A stretch of DNA of 64,000 bases from Hormiphora californensis (Eukaryota; Animalia; Ctenophora), in the NCBI GenBank assembly GCA_020137815.1, contig CM035352.1, positions 248,001 to 312,000 on the forward strand, written 5' to 3'. The position numbers and the translations under genes were made by a program. A model generated the notes under the pieces. That model saw only the letters and a list, made by a program, of their open reading frames with translations. It had not been told where the DNA came from and did no database searches. Shown here piece after piece: positions 1 to 12,702 of this stretch (positions within the stretch are counted from its first letter, which is position 1; every line of letters begins with the position of its first letter).

Positions 1-161
1 GAAAGAGAGAGTGAGTGAGAGAAATCAGAGAGGGAAAGATATTGATCTGATATAACCCGGAGAGGTTTGACAATAAAAGTGGTCACCTTTCCAGCCAACT
101 AATTTCTGTTAGTTTTTGGCAAAATAGATAAATATCATTTTAGCACTATTACTTTCCATAG

Positions 162-382
162 GTTTTGAAAGTTCTGAAGCCAAAATTAGACGGTACGAAT
201 TGGCCGAATGAAGAAGAAAACTTAACTTGGTCTGACTATCATACCTTGGATGATAAGACCGAAAATGACGTAACAAAACAGTTTATTTATGAAGACTTGG
301 ATTCTTTTCAAGGGGTGATCTATATTGATAAGGATTATGTGTGCACAACTACAACCGATGCAACTGTTTTTTCTACTGGCAA
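162..382 (+). CDS. internal exon of an unidentified plus-strand gene (VLKVLKPKLDGTNWPNEEEN...VFSTG)
   Basis: actttccatag acceptor, open frame, gtaagt donor at 383 (phase 2); non-repetitive sequence. Confidence 0.65.
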
Positions 383-1739
383 GTAAGTTTTGTTTTAACA
401 GCTAGAAGGGGGGTAATCATGGTGACAAGTGGTGACAGATGGTGACTCATCTGACCATTTAGGGTATCTCACCATCACCATTTTCTCCATTTGTCACAAT
501 TTTTTGATATTGATTGATTTGATAAAACTTATTAGTTTCCTTAGACCGATATATTTGTTCATTATAAGTTGTTAACATGGCCACTCCGGATCAGCTAGTA
601 GTGTTTTGGAACGCTAAAAAAGTTACGTTGAGGGTGCACTGCCTCCCCTGCACAACACATTAAAGCGCAATTAATCACCTGTAACCCCTTATTTACATCC
701 AGTCGACTTGAATCTTGGTAGAAGTGCTCTAGTTTTTTTTTATAATTGTCCCATAACATCATACTGTGTGTTTTTAAATGACTGAGACTGTTCAAATCGA
801 CATAGCGTGAAAAGTTGTGAATATTTTACTCTGAAATTTTAGGACAAAGTAGATGGCTACCCGCCATTTTTTGTACTTGAATTTCAGCAAAATCGGTCGT
901 TGCTGAATGAACCTGTAGCCCAAAAACCTTCTCTAACTTTGAGCGCTCAAATCTCTGCATCCTGTTCAGGTAGAGAGCTCAAACTTTCACAATATCACTG
1001 CGCTGGCAAGCGCAAAGGTTGCCATTCCCCCTCCCCAAAAACGCCGCCAGAAACGCAGTTATACGTTTGATGGGTGTTTGGCTGAAATACCGGATTTCGA
1101 AAGGCTATAGCGTCGCTCACTTTCATCCGATTGACTTGAAATTTGGAATGTATACCCGGCTTGGGGTCTTTGACTCTAGTTTAAAATTTAAAGTCTCTAT
1201 TTCATCTAGAACTGAAGTTACAGATAGGTCCCATATGTGCGCGCGTAGAAGAGACGCTTTTTATAAACCATATTCACGCCAAACGAAAAGAGATAGAAAC
1301 TATTCGTTTTCACAGCTGGTAGATCTACTGGATGTGTGTGCATTAGTCGAGGTGGGGTCCGTTTTAATTGCCAGGAACGTCCTACAGAACGTCTTAAAGT
1401 CGTCAATTTTCAGACTCTGACCAAAATTCTTTGAGCTCAATTTACACCCTCAAGACGGATTCTAATCGAAAAACGAAGACTATATCATGGAAAGAGAATT
1501 GTCTAAACTTTCAGAAATTAAATGGCGAATTTTCAAAACTACATGTACAGGGTCTGTCACCAGTGTCGCATCGTTTTGAAATTCTCCGCACAAACGACTA
1601 GCACAAAATGACAACTTGCAAAGAATTGCTTGCTGCTCAGTTTGTTTTTATGTTAGCGAATTGAAACAAAGTACATCGTTTAGAGAATTTAATTGTCTAT
1701 GTCTAGGTGAAAACTAGACGAAAAATGAGCAAGTTCAGG

Positions 1740-4666
1740 TGAAACTAGAGAAATCTAAAAAGTGACCTCAAAAAAACGTCTTTTCGACCAAATATTTTGA
1801 AATCGCCATAGCTCTGGAAGTGAAGAGTAGGTCGAACAGTTTTGTCTGAATTTTCACGTAGTACCGGTTTTAACCTGATAGGACCAACCACCAATGAGCC
1901 TACCTCAAAAAACTTTGAAACAACCTGATTTTTTCAAAATTTCGCTCTTCCCGAGAATTTTGGAAAAGTATCGTATCATTTTCGCGATTTTGATACGACA
2001 CTTTCCCCCTGCATATAAATGCCTGTATCTCTCTTCCTCTCTAGTTTCTACGCCACGATCTCACTTTTCTAGTGTATCTAGGAGGTTACACTCACTGGGG
2101 AGGGGGGGGGGCTGCACTTTTTGGTTGTGCTGCTGTAGAATATCTGGCCAGAAATTGGCTAAATATGCAACAAATTGATATCAAATCAAAAATCACTCTA
2201 CCCGACTAATTTCGATACGCTGAATCACGTAAGCAACTTTTTAAAGCCCTCAGAGGTCGATAAAGTGCTCTAATTGGGGATAATTGGGTCTAATGGACCA
2301 AAATTACAACTTTTCTTCTGGAAACGCTATCATGTAGGATTTTATTATGCCTATAAGTTGTACCTGAAAACTTATAACACGAGACCGAAGGTCGAGTGTT
2401 ATAAGTGCAACAATAATGATCCGAGACCACAGGTCGAGGAAGATTCTTGTACTTTAGTGCACGAGCCTGCGAGTGCCACTAAGTTTGACTACCTCACGAG
2501 CCTGCGAGTGATGTAGTTTTACTTTTTGACCGAGCCTGCGAGGTCTAAAAGTGTACGAATCTGGGACATTATTGTTGACGTCAGGTACAACGAAAACAGG
2601 CATAATAAAATTGCATTGTAAGCTAGTAGTGTTTTGGAACGCTAAAAAAGTTACGTTGAGGGTGCACTGCCTCCCCTGCACAACACATTAAAGCGCAATT
2701 AATCACCTGTAACCCCTTATTTACATCCAGTCGACTTGAATCTTGGTAGAAGTGCTCTAGTTTTTTTTTATAATTGTCCCATAACATCATACTGTGTGTT
2801 TTTAAATGACTGAGACTGTTCAAATCGACATAGCGTGAAAAGTTGTGAATATTTTACTCTGAAATTTTAGGACAAAGTAGATGGCTACCCGCCATTTTTT
2901 GTACTTGAATTTCAGCAAAATGATCCGAGACCACAGGTCGAGGAAGATTCTTGTACTTTAGTGCACGAGCCTGCGAGTGCCACTAAGTTTGACTACCTCA
3001 CGAGCCTGCGAGTGATGTAGTTTTACTTTTTGACCGAGCCTGCGAGGTCTAAAAGTGTACGAATCTGGGACATTATTGTTGACGTCAGGTACAACGAAAA
3101 CAGGCATAATAAAATTGCATTGTAAAATTTTTTAAACAAGAGTGAGAGACACTTTAGGGCGTAACAATAGAACAAATTCATGATAAGGTAGCAGGCAGAG
3201 AAATAAGTATAAGATAAGATAACGCCTGAGATAGGTAAAGAGAGTGAGAGATTAGTGAGAGTGAGAGAGATAAAGAATGTGTGGGTCCGGGAGTTCGTAA
3301 CCGTTATCTTGATCTCGATGCTGCAACGGCGTGAGAGTGTGACATAAAGAAAGAGAGAGAGGGAGTTCGTACACGTTTATCTTTCTAACGGTTTTGAAAC
3401 GTGACAGAAACAGTGGAGTTCGAAGTGCAGCAGAGTTATAAGTTTTCATGTATCACTGGGGGGTGTTATAAGTGAAAACTTATAACACTGGGGGGTGTTA
3501 TAAGTGAAAACTTATAACACTGCCCAGTGTTATAAGTTGTAGAAGCAGTGCTACCTAAAGAATTATATTATATCTCAAAATTTTACAATGACAAATTTAG
3601 GCACTGAACCCACTAATTTCGATACCCTGATTCACATAAGTATCTTTTCTAAGCTCGAAATTGTGGATAAAGTGCTCTAAATGAGCATGGTTGTGTATAA
3701 TTGAGCAATATAATTACGACTTTTCCCTGTAAAGTTCACTTGGATTTTGGAGATGCACCCTATGTATACATTGTAATTATTTTGATCAATTAGACCCAGT
3801 TAGTTATACTCAATTAGGGAATTGGCTCCGCCACTTACAGCTTAGAATAGTTAATAGTTATTCATTCGAATCAGCGTATCCAAATTATTGGGGAAGGTTC
3901 CCTCATACGGATTTATTTGTAAATTTTTTTTGGAAAGAATTGTAATTTTAATCAATTAGACCCAATTAGAGCACCCACCACTAAGATATAGATGCCCTGC
4001 TGATATGAATCAGGGTATCAAAATCAATGGGGAAGTGTCTTCAAAGGAAGTACACGTGTTTACAGGGAAAAGTTATAATAATGTTAGCCAATTAGACCAA
4101 TTATGCCCAATTAGAGCACTTTATTGACCTCTGAGGGCTTTAAAAAGTTGCTCACGTGATTCAGCGTATCGAAATTAGTCGGGTAGAGTGATTTTTGATT
4201 TGATATCAATTTGTTGCATATTTAGCCAATTTCTGGCCAGATATTCTACAGCAGCACAACCAAAAAGTGCAGCCCCCCCCCCTCCCCAGTGAGTGTAACC
4301 TCCTAGATACACTAGAAAAGTGAGATCGTGGCGTAGAAACTAGAGAGGAAGAGAGATACAGGCATTTATATGCAGGGGGAAAGTGTCGTATCAAAATCGC
4401 GAAAATGATGCGACACTTTTCCAAAATTCTCGGGAAGAGCGAAATTTTGAAAAAATCAGGTTGTTTCAAAGTTTTTCGAGGTAGGCTCATTGGTGGTTGG
4501 TCCTATCAGGTTAAAACCGGTACTACGTGAAAATTCAGACAAAACTGTTCGACCTACTCTTCACCGATTTTTGAGATCAGCCCTACTTCCAGAGCTATGG
4601 CGATTTCAAAATATTTGGTCGAAAAGACGTTTTTTTGAGGTCACTTTTTAGATTTCTTTAGTTTCA
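1740..4666. mobile_element. large foldback element with nested insertions
   Basis: ~1740-2330 is the reverse complement of ~4080-4666. Confidence 0.75.
2333..3590. mobile_element. unclassified interspersed repeat (TGTAGGATTTT...AAAATTTTACAATG); copies also at 47848-49273, 48269-49007 and 50995-51684
   Basis: Four copies in the window; internal gagcctgcgag and gtgttataag repeats. Confidence 0.8.
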
Positions 4667-4980
4667 AAGTGTGTGTAAATGATCAGTTCTTACTAAAATA
4701 CAGAGGGAACACTATGTGCAACACTTACACACTACATTGGAGAGAAAGAAAGAACACTTTCCGTCAATTACTCTCTCTTTACCTCCCCTTTTGTCTCACT
4801 ATCTCTTCCTCTGTGTTATGTGTGACATGCCCCTTATCAGGCTATTTCTTTCACTCTCTTTCCTTAGTAACTGTTACCAAACAGTGTACACTCAATTGTG
4901 AGGTGTTTTTAACTATTTCTCAGTCCTCTTTGTGTGTTTCGATTAGTGTGTTTCGATTAGGGATCGTCGTCGTGATTTAA

Positions 4981-6370
4981 GGGTACGCTAACCAAAAATT
5001 TTTTTCGAGTGCAGGGAAATCTCTCACCGTAGGGTTGTAGGCCATGCCAAGGAGACCTCAAATATGAAATTTGAGCTCTCAAGTCGAATTCATATTTTTG
5101 CTACAGCTGTTTAAAAAATGTCCTGTAAATACGTTTTTGGCAACTCAAAAATACATTTGTAAAGATAAGATCATGAAAATTTGGGGATTTGAAGAGGACA
5201 TGAAGGTAAATAACCACAAAATTTTTTTTTGCAATCCGAGCTGATTTCCGGTCCTGAGATGGATTTCTTTTTTTCCACTTTAACGCCCTATTTGGCAAAG
5301 TTCCGAAAACATGTGAAAGCTGTAAATTGGTGAAAAGTTGCGTCTAACGATTATCTAAGTGGCCATAAATTTTGGGCGTGTCCTTATTTGAGATAAGCTG
5401 TACAGAGTTTTTTTTGTGAAAGCCGTCATTTCAGAAGTAAATAAATTCCCTGTATCTCAAAAACGGCTGATCGTAGAGACCTGAGACTATGCTTAAACGA
5501 TTCAGAAGGTCCGATTTTGGGGGGGTCTTCTGAGAGACATTTTGCTCCTACTTCAACCGTTCTTGCTGTAATTGCGAAAAACAAAAACCCATCTTCGCCA
5601 TCGTGGATTTTTTGAGATTTTGTTTTTGGTGATTATAGGGACCCATATGGACCAAATAGTGAAGGAATTAGCTTGTTACACATTTTTCCATAGTTTCGGT
5701 CCTTTCTTAGCTAAAATTCCCTAATTACAGGATATTGGAGTTTAGCTTTTGCCCTTTTCATAGAATTTGTTTTTCGCAATTACAGCAAAAACGGTTGAAG
5801 TAGGAGCAAAATGTCTCTCAGAAGACCCCCCCAAAATCGGACCTTCTGAATCGTTTAAGCATAGTCGCAGGTCTCTACGATCAGCCGTTTTTGAGATACA
5901 GGGAATTTATTTATTTCTGAAATGACGGCTTTCACAAAAAAAACTCTGTACATCTTATCTCAAATAAGGACGCGCCCAAAATTTATGGCCATATAGAGAA
6001 TCGTTAGACGCAACTTTTGACCAATTTACAGCTTTCACATATTTTCGGAACTTGGCCAAATATGGCGTTAAAGTAAAAAAAAAGAAATCCATCTCAGGAC
6101 CGGAAATCAGCTCGGATTTCAAAAAAAATTTTTGTGGCTACTCACCTCTTTGTCCTCTTCAAATCCACAAATTTTTATGATCCTATCTTTACAAATGTAT
6201 TTTTAAGATGCCAAAAACTTATTTTCAGTTCATTTTTCAAGCAGCTGTAGCAAAAATATGAATTCGACTTGAGAGCTCAAATTGCATATTTGAGGTATCC
6301 TTGGCATGGCCTACAACCCTACGGTGAGAGATTTCCCTGCACTCGAAAAAAAATTTTGGTTAGCGTACCC
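4981..6370. mobile_element. Kolobok-like non-autonomous foldback element (1390 bp)
   Basis: TTAA TSD, GGGTACGC...GCGTACCC ends, ~600-bp inverted arms. Confidence 0.85.
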
Positions 6371-6715
6371 TTAAACCAGTTTATCCGCCAGCGGCGGATA
6401 AACTCCAGCTAACTTCTTCCAGCGGTGCGCTGGGAGAATTTATCTGAAATAACACGCCAGTGGCCAGAGTTTATACCTCATTTAGCCTTAATTTACTCAC
6501 TGAAAACCCCCCCATTACCCCTTATCGTTTAATATAGACGTGTTAGCCTGTACAATTTTCCACGTGATTATGGCAACCGCCGAAACGTTGTGTGAAAACC
6601 AAGAGTCCTCCCTGTGTCAATCACTAATCAGCTGGGAAGCAGAGCTGTCCCAACAAGGGCACCACCTAACTACCATGATATTGATCCTGCTAATCTTATC
6701 CTCTAATGCCTAAGT

Positions 6716-7327
6716 GGGGGGGGGTCCAGCCCTAAAAAAAGCTAAAGGTACCCTGATTTTGGTCGATAGCGTTTTTTATTTTAGCTTTTTTTAGCTTTTT
6801 TTAGCCCTACTTTTTATGTTTTTTCAGCATTCATTTTGACACTTTTCCATTAAATTTTCATCCTTCCGGACGTCTATTGACTGCATTTGTTCATTTCCTG
6901 CACATTTTTTTACCATAATCTACCGTTTATGTCCATACATAGCAATTTCTGTATCCACCCCTACTGCCATTTTCTGGAGACAGTTTTTCGATAAAAATAT
7001 TATTCAAATTTGATAAAAATAGTTTTAAAAAAGTTCAAAAAACGTTATAAAACGTTATAATAAAAGTTTAAAAAATTTGGCGTCAGCGGGATTCGAACCT
7101 ATATGAATCCACTAAAAACTCAATTTTAGCTTTTTTTTAGCTTTTTTTAGCTTTTTTTTTAGCTTTTTTTAGCCTAAAAAAAGCTAAAAAAAGCTAAAAA
7201 AAGCTAAATAAAGCTAAAAAAAGCTAAAAAAGGCTAAAAAAGCTAAAAAAGCTAAAAAAAGCTAAAAAAAGCTAAAGGTACCCTGATTTTGGCCGTTAGT
7301 TTAGCTTTTTTTAGGGCTGGACCCCCC
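6716..7327. mobile_element. poly-G-ended MITE with AAAAAAGCT repeats and a tRNA B-box fragment
   Basis: TIR ggggtccagccctaaaaaaagc, ~7-bp TSD cctaagt; related partial copy at ~52545-53357. Confidence 0.8.
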
Positions 7328-7991
7328 CCTAAGTATGTCAGGAAACCTATTAAATGACATTTTCCAAAGGCTAACTATCTCCTGAATCCGAGCACATTAA
7401 CATATATTTCGAATCAATATCCCAAAGTGTAGCTTGTAAAGTTTTATTGGTTACAGTGGTCATGAAAGGAAGTTTTTGCTCGAAAAACGTTCATTTTGCT
7501 GAATTTTTCCTCAAATTTTTGACTTCCGTCGCGATTTAAGAGCTCAAAATGATGAGCTACGATAATTCACAATGTAGTATCTGAAAGTTTAGACGATTTG
7601 CAGGTAACGACTTTCTGTCAAATCAGAAATCGGAACACGTCTTCAGGGTGCTAGAGGCGTTTGAAAACTTTTTGTCCGTCTCGCGCAATGACATCACTCG
7701 TGACGTCATTATGTGCGTCATAGGTGATCTGGAGAGTCGCCACCCAGATCAAAATATCGAATCGAATATTTTCAATATCAAAATATCGATTCGATATCGA
7801 ATCGAAAATTTTTCGATATCAAAATAACGAATCGAAAATTTTTGATGACCAAAAAATATCGATATCGAATCGGAAAAAAAAGTGGGATATCGATTGGCTC
7901 CTATGATAAAACCTGTTTGTCTGTCCGAATGACAAACCATGTTACAACAAGCAAGACTTGTATTCTACACTAATCATCATGTTTCTCTCAG

Positions 7992-8067
7992 CCTATTGGA
8001 GTTGCCTGAAGATATCTTTGTTTCTGAGCCTGTGGATTGTAGCAGAACTTCAGACATCACTCGCATG
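7992..8067 (+). CDS. exon of the unidentified plus-strand gene (LLELPEDIFVSEPVDCSRTSDITRM)
   Basis: gtttctctcag acceptor, gtaagt donor; phase-2 start matches the previous exon. Confidence 0.6.
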
Positions 8068-8249
8068 GTAAGTGTTCTTTTCTATTTTAGTTTTTTATTG
8101 CAAAAACATTTCATACCAAACTTATAACATGAATAATACGTGAAATGTCTTATTATGCGGTTCTGTGTTGATAGATGATAAATGAGATCTTATCAGGTTT
8201 AGCAGTTCACTTCTTTTTATCTATCTTTCTCTCCTCACATCAGTGGCAT

Positions 8250-8448
8250 GGGCTTGGTACCATTGCCGCCTAGATTCTCGCTTTGCGAGTAATAGGTGCC
8301 CGCTCTGTTGTCAGCTACTACTCAAACCTCAATTATCGCCTCATTTGGTATCGTATTGTCCGAGCAGTCGGTTCGGTCCGCCACAGCACACGATCTTCCA
8401 TAAGCTTCTTGATGTCGCCATCATTGGATAGGCCAGTATCCTCCCTGA
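8250..8448 (-). mobile_element. RTE-like LINE 3' end fragment
   Basis: EDTGL...KLMEDRVLWR C-terminal motif. Confidence 0.5.
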
Positions 8449-8852
8449 CAGTGGTCATCCGACATAATTGCCATATTCTCAACGTGAACTTCGACGTGGA
8501 ATTCGACGAGGAATAGCAGGCGTTTGTAGTTATGAACGCTTGCTGCCCATGCCGCACGTGCCAATGTGCCGCGCACAGCAGGCGTTCATAACTGGGGGGG
8601 TTCCAACCTATTTCGTGTACGTTTGTACGGAAAAAAACACGGGTTTCCTCAAACAAAAAAATACAAAAAAATACAAAAAAATACAAAAAAGTACAAAAAA
8701 ATACAAAAAAATAAAAACAGTTTTATATGGTAATTTACCATTATTGTTCGAACTTTTACTGTTTTTAAACATTCTTCCACGCTATTTCACGCAATTTAGC
8801 ACAAAATATATACATATTTTACATATGTAGCATGCCAAAATCGCGAGAGAAA

Positions 8853-11742
8853 TTTCCCCGAATCGCAATTTCTTACCGAGAAAATTTTCTCGAATCGTAT
8901 TTTCTAAGCGAGAAATTTCCCCGAATCACAATTTCTTACCGAGAAAATTTTCCTGAATCGTATTTTCTAAGCAAGAAATTTCCCCGAATCGCAATTTCTT
9001 ACCGAGAAAATTTTCCCGAATCGTATTTCCTAAGCGAGAAATTTCCCCGAATCGCAATTTCTTACCGAGAAAATTTTCCCGAATCGTATTTCCTAAGCGA
9101 GAAATTTCCCCGAATCGCAATTTCTTACCGAGAAAATTTTCCCGAATCGTATTTCCTAAGCGAGAAATTTCCCCGAATCGCAATTTCTTACCGAGAAAAT
9201 TTTCTCGAATCGTATTTTCTAAGCGAGAAATTTCCCCGAATCGCAATTTCTTACCGAGAAAATTTTCTCGAATCGTATTTTCTAAGCGAGAAATTTCCCC
9301 GAATCGCAATTTCTTACCGAGAAAATTTTCCCGAATCGTATTTTCTAAGCGAGAAATTTCCCCGAATCGCAATTTCTTACCGAGAAAATTTTCCCGAATC
9401 GTATTTTCTTAGCGAGAAATTTCCCCGAATCGCAATTTCTTACCGAGAAAATTTTCCCGAATCGTATTTTCTAAGCGAGAAATTTCCCCGAATCGCAATT
9501 TCTTACCGAGAAAATTTTCTGGAATCGTATTTTCTAAGCGAGAAATTTCCCCGAATCGCAATTTCTTACCGAGAAAATTTTCCCGAATCGTATTTTCTAA
9601 GCGAGAAATTTCCCCGAATCGCAATTTCTTACCGAGAAAATTTTCCCGAATCGTATTTTCTTAGCGAGAAATTTCCCCGAATCGCAATTTCTTACCGAGA
9701 AAATTTTCCCGAATCGTATTTTCTAAGCGAGAAATTTCCCCGAATCGCAATTTCTTACCGAGAAAATTTTCTGGAATCGTATTTTCTAAGCGAGAAATTT
9801 CCCCGAATCGCAATTTCTTACCGAGAAAATTTTCCCGAATCGTATTTTCTAAGCGAGAAATTTCCCCGAATCGCAATTTCTTACCGAGAAAATTTTCCCG
9901 AATCGTATTTTCTTAGCGAGAAATTTCCCCGAATCGCAATTTCTTACCGAGAAAATTTTCCCGAATCGTATTTCCTAAGGCTATAAGCATACTGATCGTG
10001 ATGATCATAATCAGTTAAAAAGATGAAGTGTGCTCATGGTTTTGATCATCATCATCTGCAAAAAACTGCAGTGTGCGGAACATTATGATCATCACGTAAG
10101 AGCTGGCCCTGGAGCCGTCTCTTAAGTTGGATGATGATCATCAACACCTAGTGTGCGCAGGTTCTGATCTTATTCTTATGGGGGCTGCACTGTAGTCATG
10201 TGATATGTACCACGTGGTACGAATTCGCGCGCACTGAGAGGCTGTTGTACAGGTCACGTGATATGCAACAGCCTCTCAGAGCGCGCGACCAGGCAAGGGG
10301 GAGATAGCATCATCATGCTGAGCACACTGGTCATGATGATCATGATCAAAAGGCAAGCTACAGCAAGTTGAGCATGGTCTATGATGATCAAACGTGCGCA
10401 CACTATGGTTTATGATGATCAAACGTGAACACACTATGGTTTGAGAGCATCATGATGCATCAAGCCTCCATCATGATGATAACCATCAGTGTGTGCGCTC
10501 CTTTGATGGTGACCATCAAAACGTCCGCACACTGACCTGATTATGATCATCACGATCAGTATGCTTATAGCCTAAGCGAGAAATTTCCCCGAATCGCAAT
10601 TTCTTACCGAGAAAATTTTCTCTAATCGTATTTTCTAAGCGAGAAATTTCCCCGAATCGCAATTTCTTACCGAGAAAATTTTCTCGAATCGTATTTTCTA
10701 AGCGAGAAATTTCCCCGAATCGCAATTTCTTACCGAGAAAATTTTCTCGAATCGTATTTTCTAAGCGAGAAATTTCTCCAAATCGCAATTTCTTACCGAG
10801 AAAATTTTCCCGAATCGTATTTCCTAAGCGAGAAATTTCCCCGAATCGCAATTTCTTACCGAGAAAATTTTCCCGAATCGTATTTCCTAAGCGAGAAATT
10901 TCCCCGAATCGCAATTTCTTACCGAGAAAATTTTCTCGAATCGTATTTTCTAAGCGAGAAATTTCCCCGAATCGCAATTTCTTACTGAGAAAATTTTCCC
11001 GAATCGTATTTTCTTAGCGAGAAATTTCCCCGAATCGCAATTTCTTACCGAGAAAATTTTCCCGAATCGTATTTCCTAAGCGAGAAATTTCCCCGAATCG
11101 CAATTTCTTACCGAGAAAATTTTCTCTAATCGTATTTTCTAAGCGAGAAATTTCCCCGAATCGCAATTTCTTACCGAGAAAATTTTCTCGAATCGTATTT
11201 TCTAAGCGAGAAATTTCCCCGAATCGCAATTTCTTACCAAGAAAATTTTCCCGAATCGTATTTTCTAAGCGAGAAATTTCCCCGAATCGCAATTTCTTAC
11301 CGAGAAAATTTTCTCGAATCGTATTTTCTAAGCGAGAAATTTCCTCGAATCGCAATTTCTTACCGAGAAAATTTTCTCGAATCGTATTTTCTAAGCGAGA
11401 AATTTCTCCAAATCGCAATTTCTTACCGAGAAAATTTTCTCGAATCGTATTTTTTAAGCGAGAAATTTTCCCGAATCGCAATTTCTTACCGAGAAAATTT
11501 TCTCGAATCGTATTTTCTAAGCGAGAAATTTCCCCGAATCGCAATTTCTTACCGAGAAAATTTTCTCGAATCGTATTTTCTAAGCGAGAAATTTCTCCAA
11601 ATCGCAATTTCTTACCGAGAAAATTTTCTCGAATCGTATTTTCTAAGCGAGAAATTTTCCCGAATCGCAATTTCTTACCGAGAAAATTTTCTCGAATCGT
11701 ATTTTCTAAGCGAGAAATTTCCCCGAATCGCAATTTCTTACC
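8853..11742. repeat. 63-bp (31+32) tandem satellite, ~36 units in two blocks (8853-9978, 10573-11742)
   Basis: Unit cgagaaatttccccgaatcgcaatttcttac-cgagaaaattttcccgaatcgtattttctaag. Confidence 0.97.
9979..10572. mobile_element. PIF/Harbinger-like MITE inserted in the satellite
   Basis: TAA TSD, TIR GGCTATAAGCATACTGATCGTGATGATCATAATCAG. Confidence 0.85.
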
Positions 11743-12702
11743 GTTTATGTATAGCTGGGTTCCGTTTATGTTCATGTACATGTATTGTAATATTATTTAT
11801 ACTTTTTTCACGCACCCACATCCTTCATTATTTTTTTGTATTTTTTTGTACTTTTTTGTATTGTTTGTATGAAAAAAAACAGGAATTTTGGATACTTATA
11901 TGTATGGTCCGTACAAAAAAATACAAAAAAATACAAAAAAATAGGTTGGAACCCCCCCTCATAACTACAAACGCCTGCTATTTCTCGTCGAATTCCACGT
12001 CGAAGTTCACGTCGAGATGTGGCAATTATGTCGGATGACCACTGTGAGCTGAGGGGGGTGGGGGCTGCCGCAAAAATCTCAGCTACCCTATTTTTGGCCG
12101 ATGAGATTATTGAGATTTTTGGGGAAATTTGCTCAATTACGTTTGAGATTTTTGTGGTAAATTGGCCCAATTTTGGCTGCCAAATCTCAGTGTTTGGTCA
12201 TATTTTTTAGCTTAAAACCGAATCATAATATTAGAGCGTTTCAGAAATAACTTCGTGTCGCGATATTTCGGGATCTATAAGAGATAGAGACTTCTACCTA
12301 GTTTTATCCTGTTCATTGGACGATTCTCTTCCTAGAAACATGTTCTGAATTATATATGACAACCTCAAGTACTCGAAATTTGGTTCGTTGACACCATAAG
12401 TCGTGCTGCCGCTGCACGGGGCTACCAACTTTTTCTAAACGCCACTGGAAGAAAGCTGGTAAAGATTTTTGAACTCCCGTAGTGCTCAATCGATAGCAAA
12501 TCGTCTAAGGATGAGATATATATGTGATTTGGGTCTCGACGCGTTGACTAAAAACATTTAGAACAGTAGATGTAACATGAAAAAACGAAAAATGGCGAAA
12601 TTTGACCTAAATTTTTGGCTTGTTTTAGGGGTATGTTCGAAAACGTCAATTTTTGACTTCAATAAGCCGATGAAGCGAATAATTGACTTCACAGTGGCTT
12701 AA

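Larger units (their letters stand above)
8594..11958. mobile_element. poly-G-ended TIR element carrying a 63-bp satellite
   Basis: TIR gggggggttccaacctattt, 8-bp TSD tcataact. Confidence 0.85.
8449..12044. mobile_element. small hairpin MITE (CAGTGGTCATCCGAC ends) hosting the 8594-11958 insertion
   Basis: 8449-8545 is inverted at 11960-12044. Confidence 0.7.

Noticed and set aside
595-795. Minus-strand exon-like ORF duplicated at 2623-2823
   Set aside because: It has splice-like sites, but a diverged relative lies near 47680-47770, suggesting a repeat; no partner exons were found.
8832-9986. 384-aa repetitive ORF and its antisense ORFs
   Set aside because: By-product of a stop-free 63-bp (21-codon) satellite inside a TIR element.
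8853-11742. CRISPR-like array
   Set aside because: No unique spacers, no cas genes, eukaryotic context.
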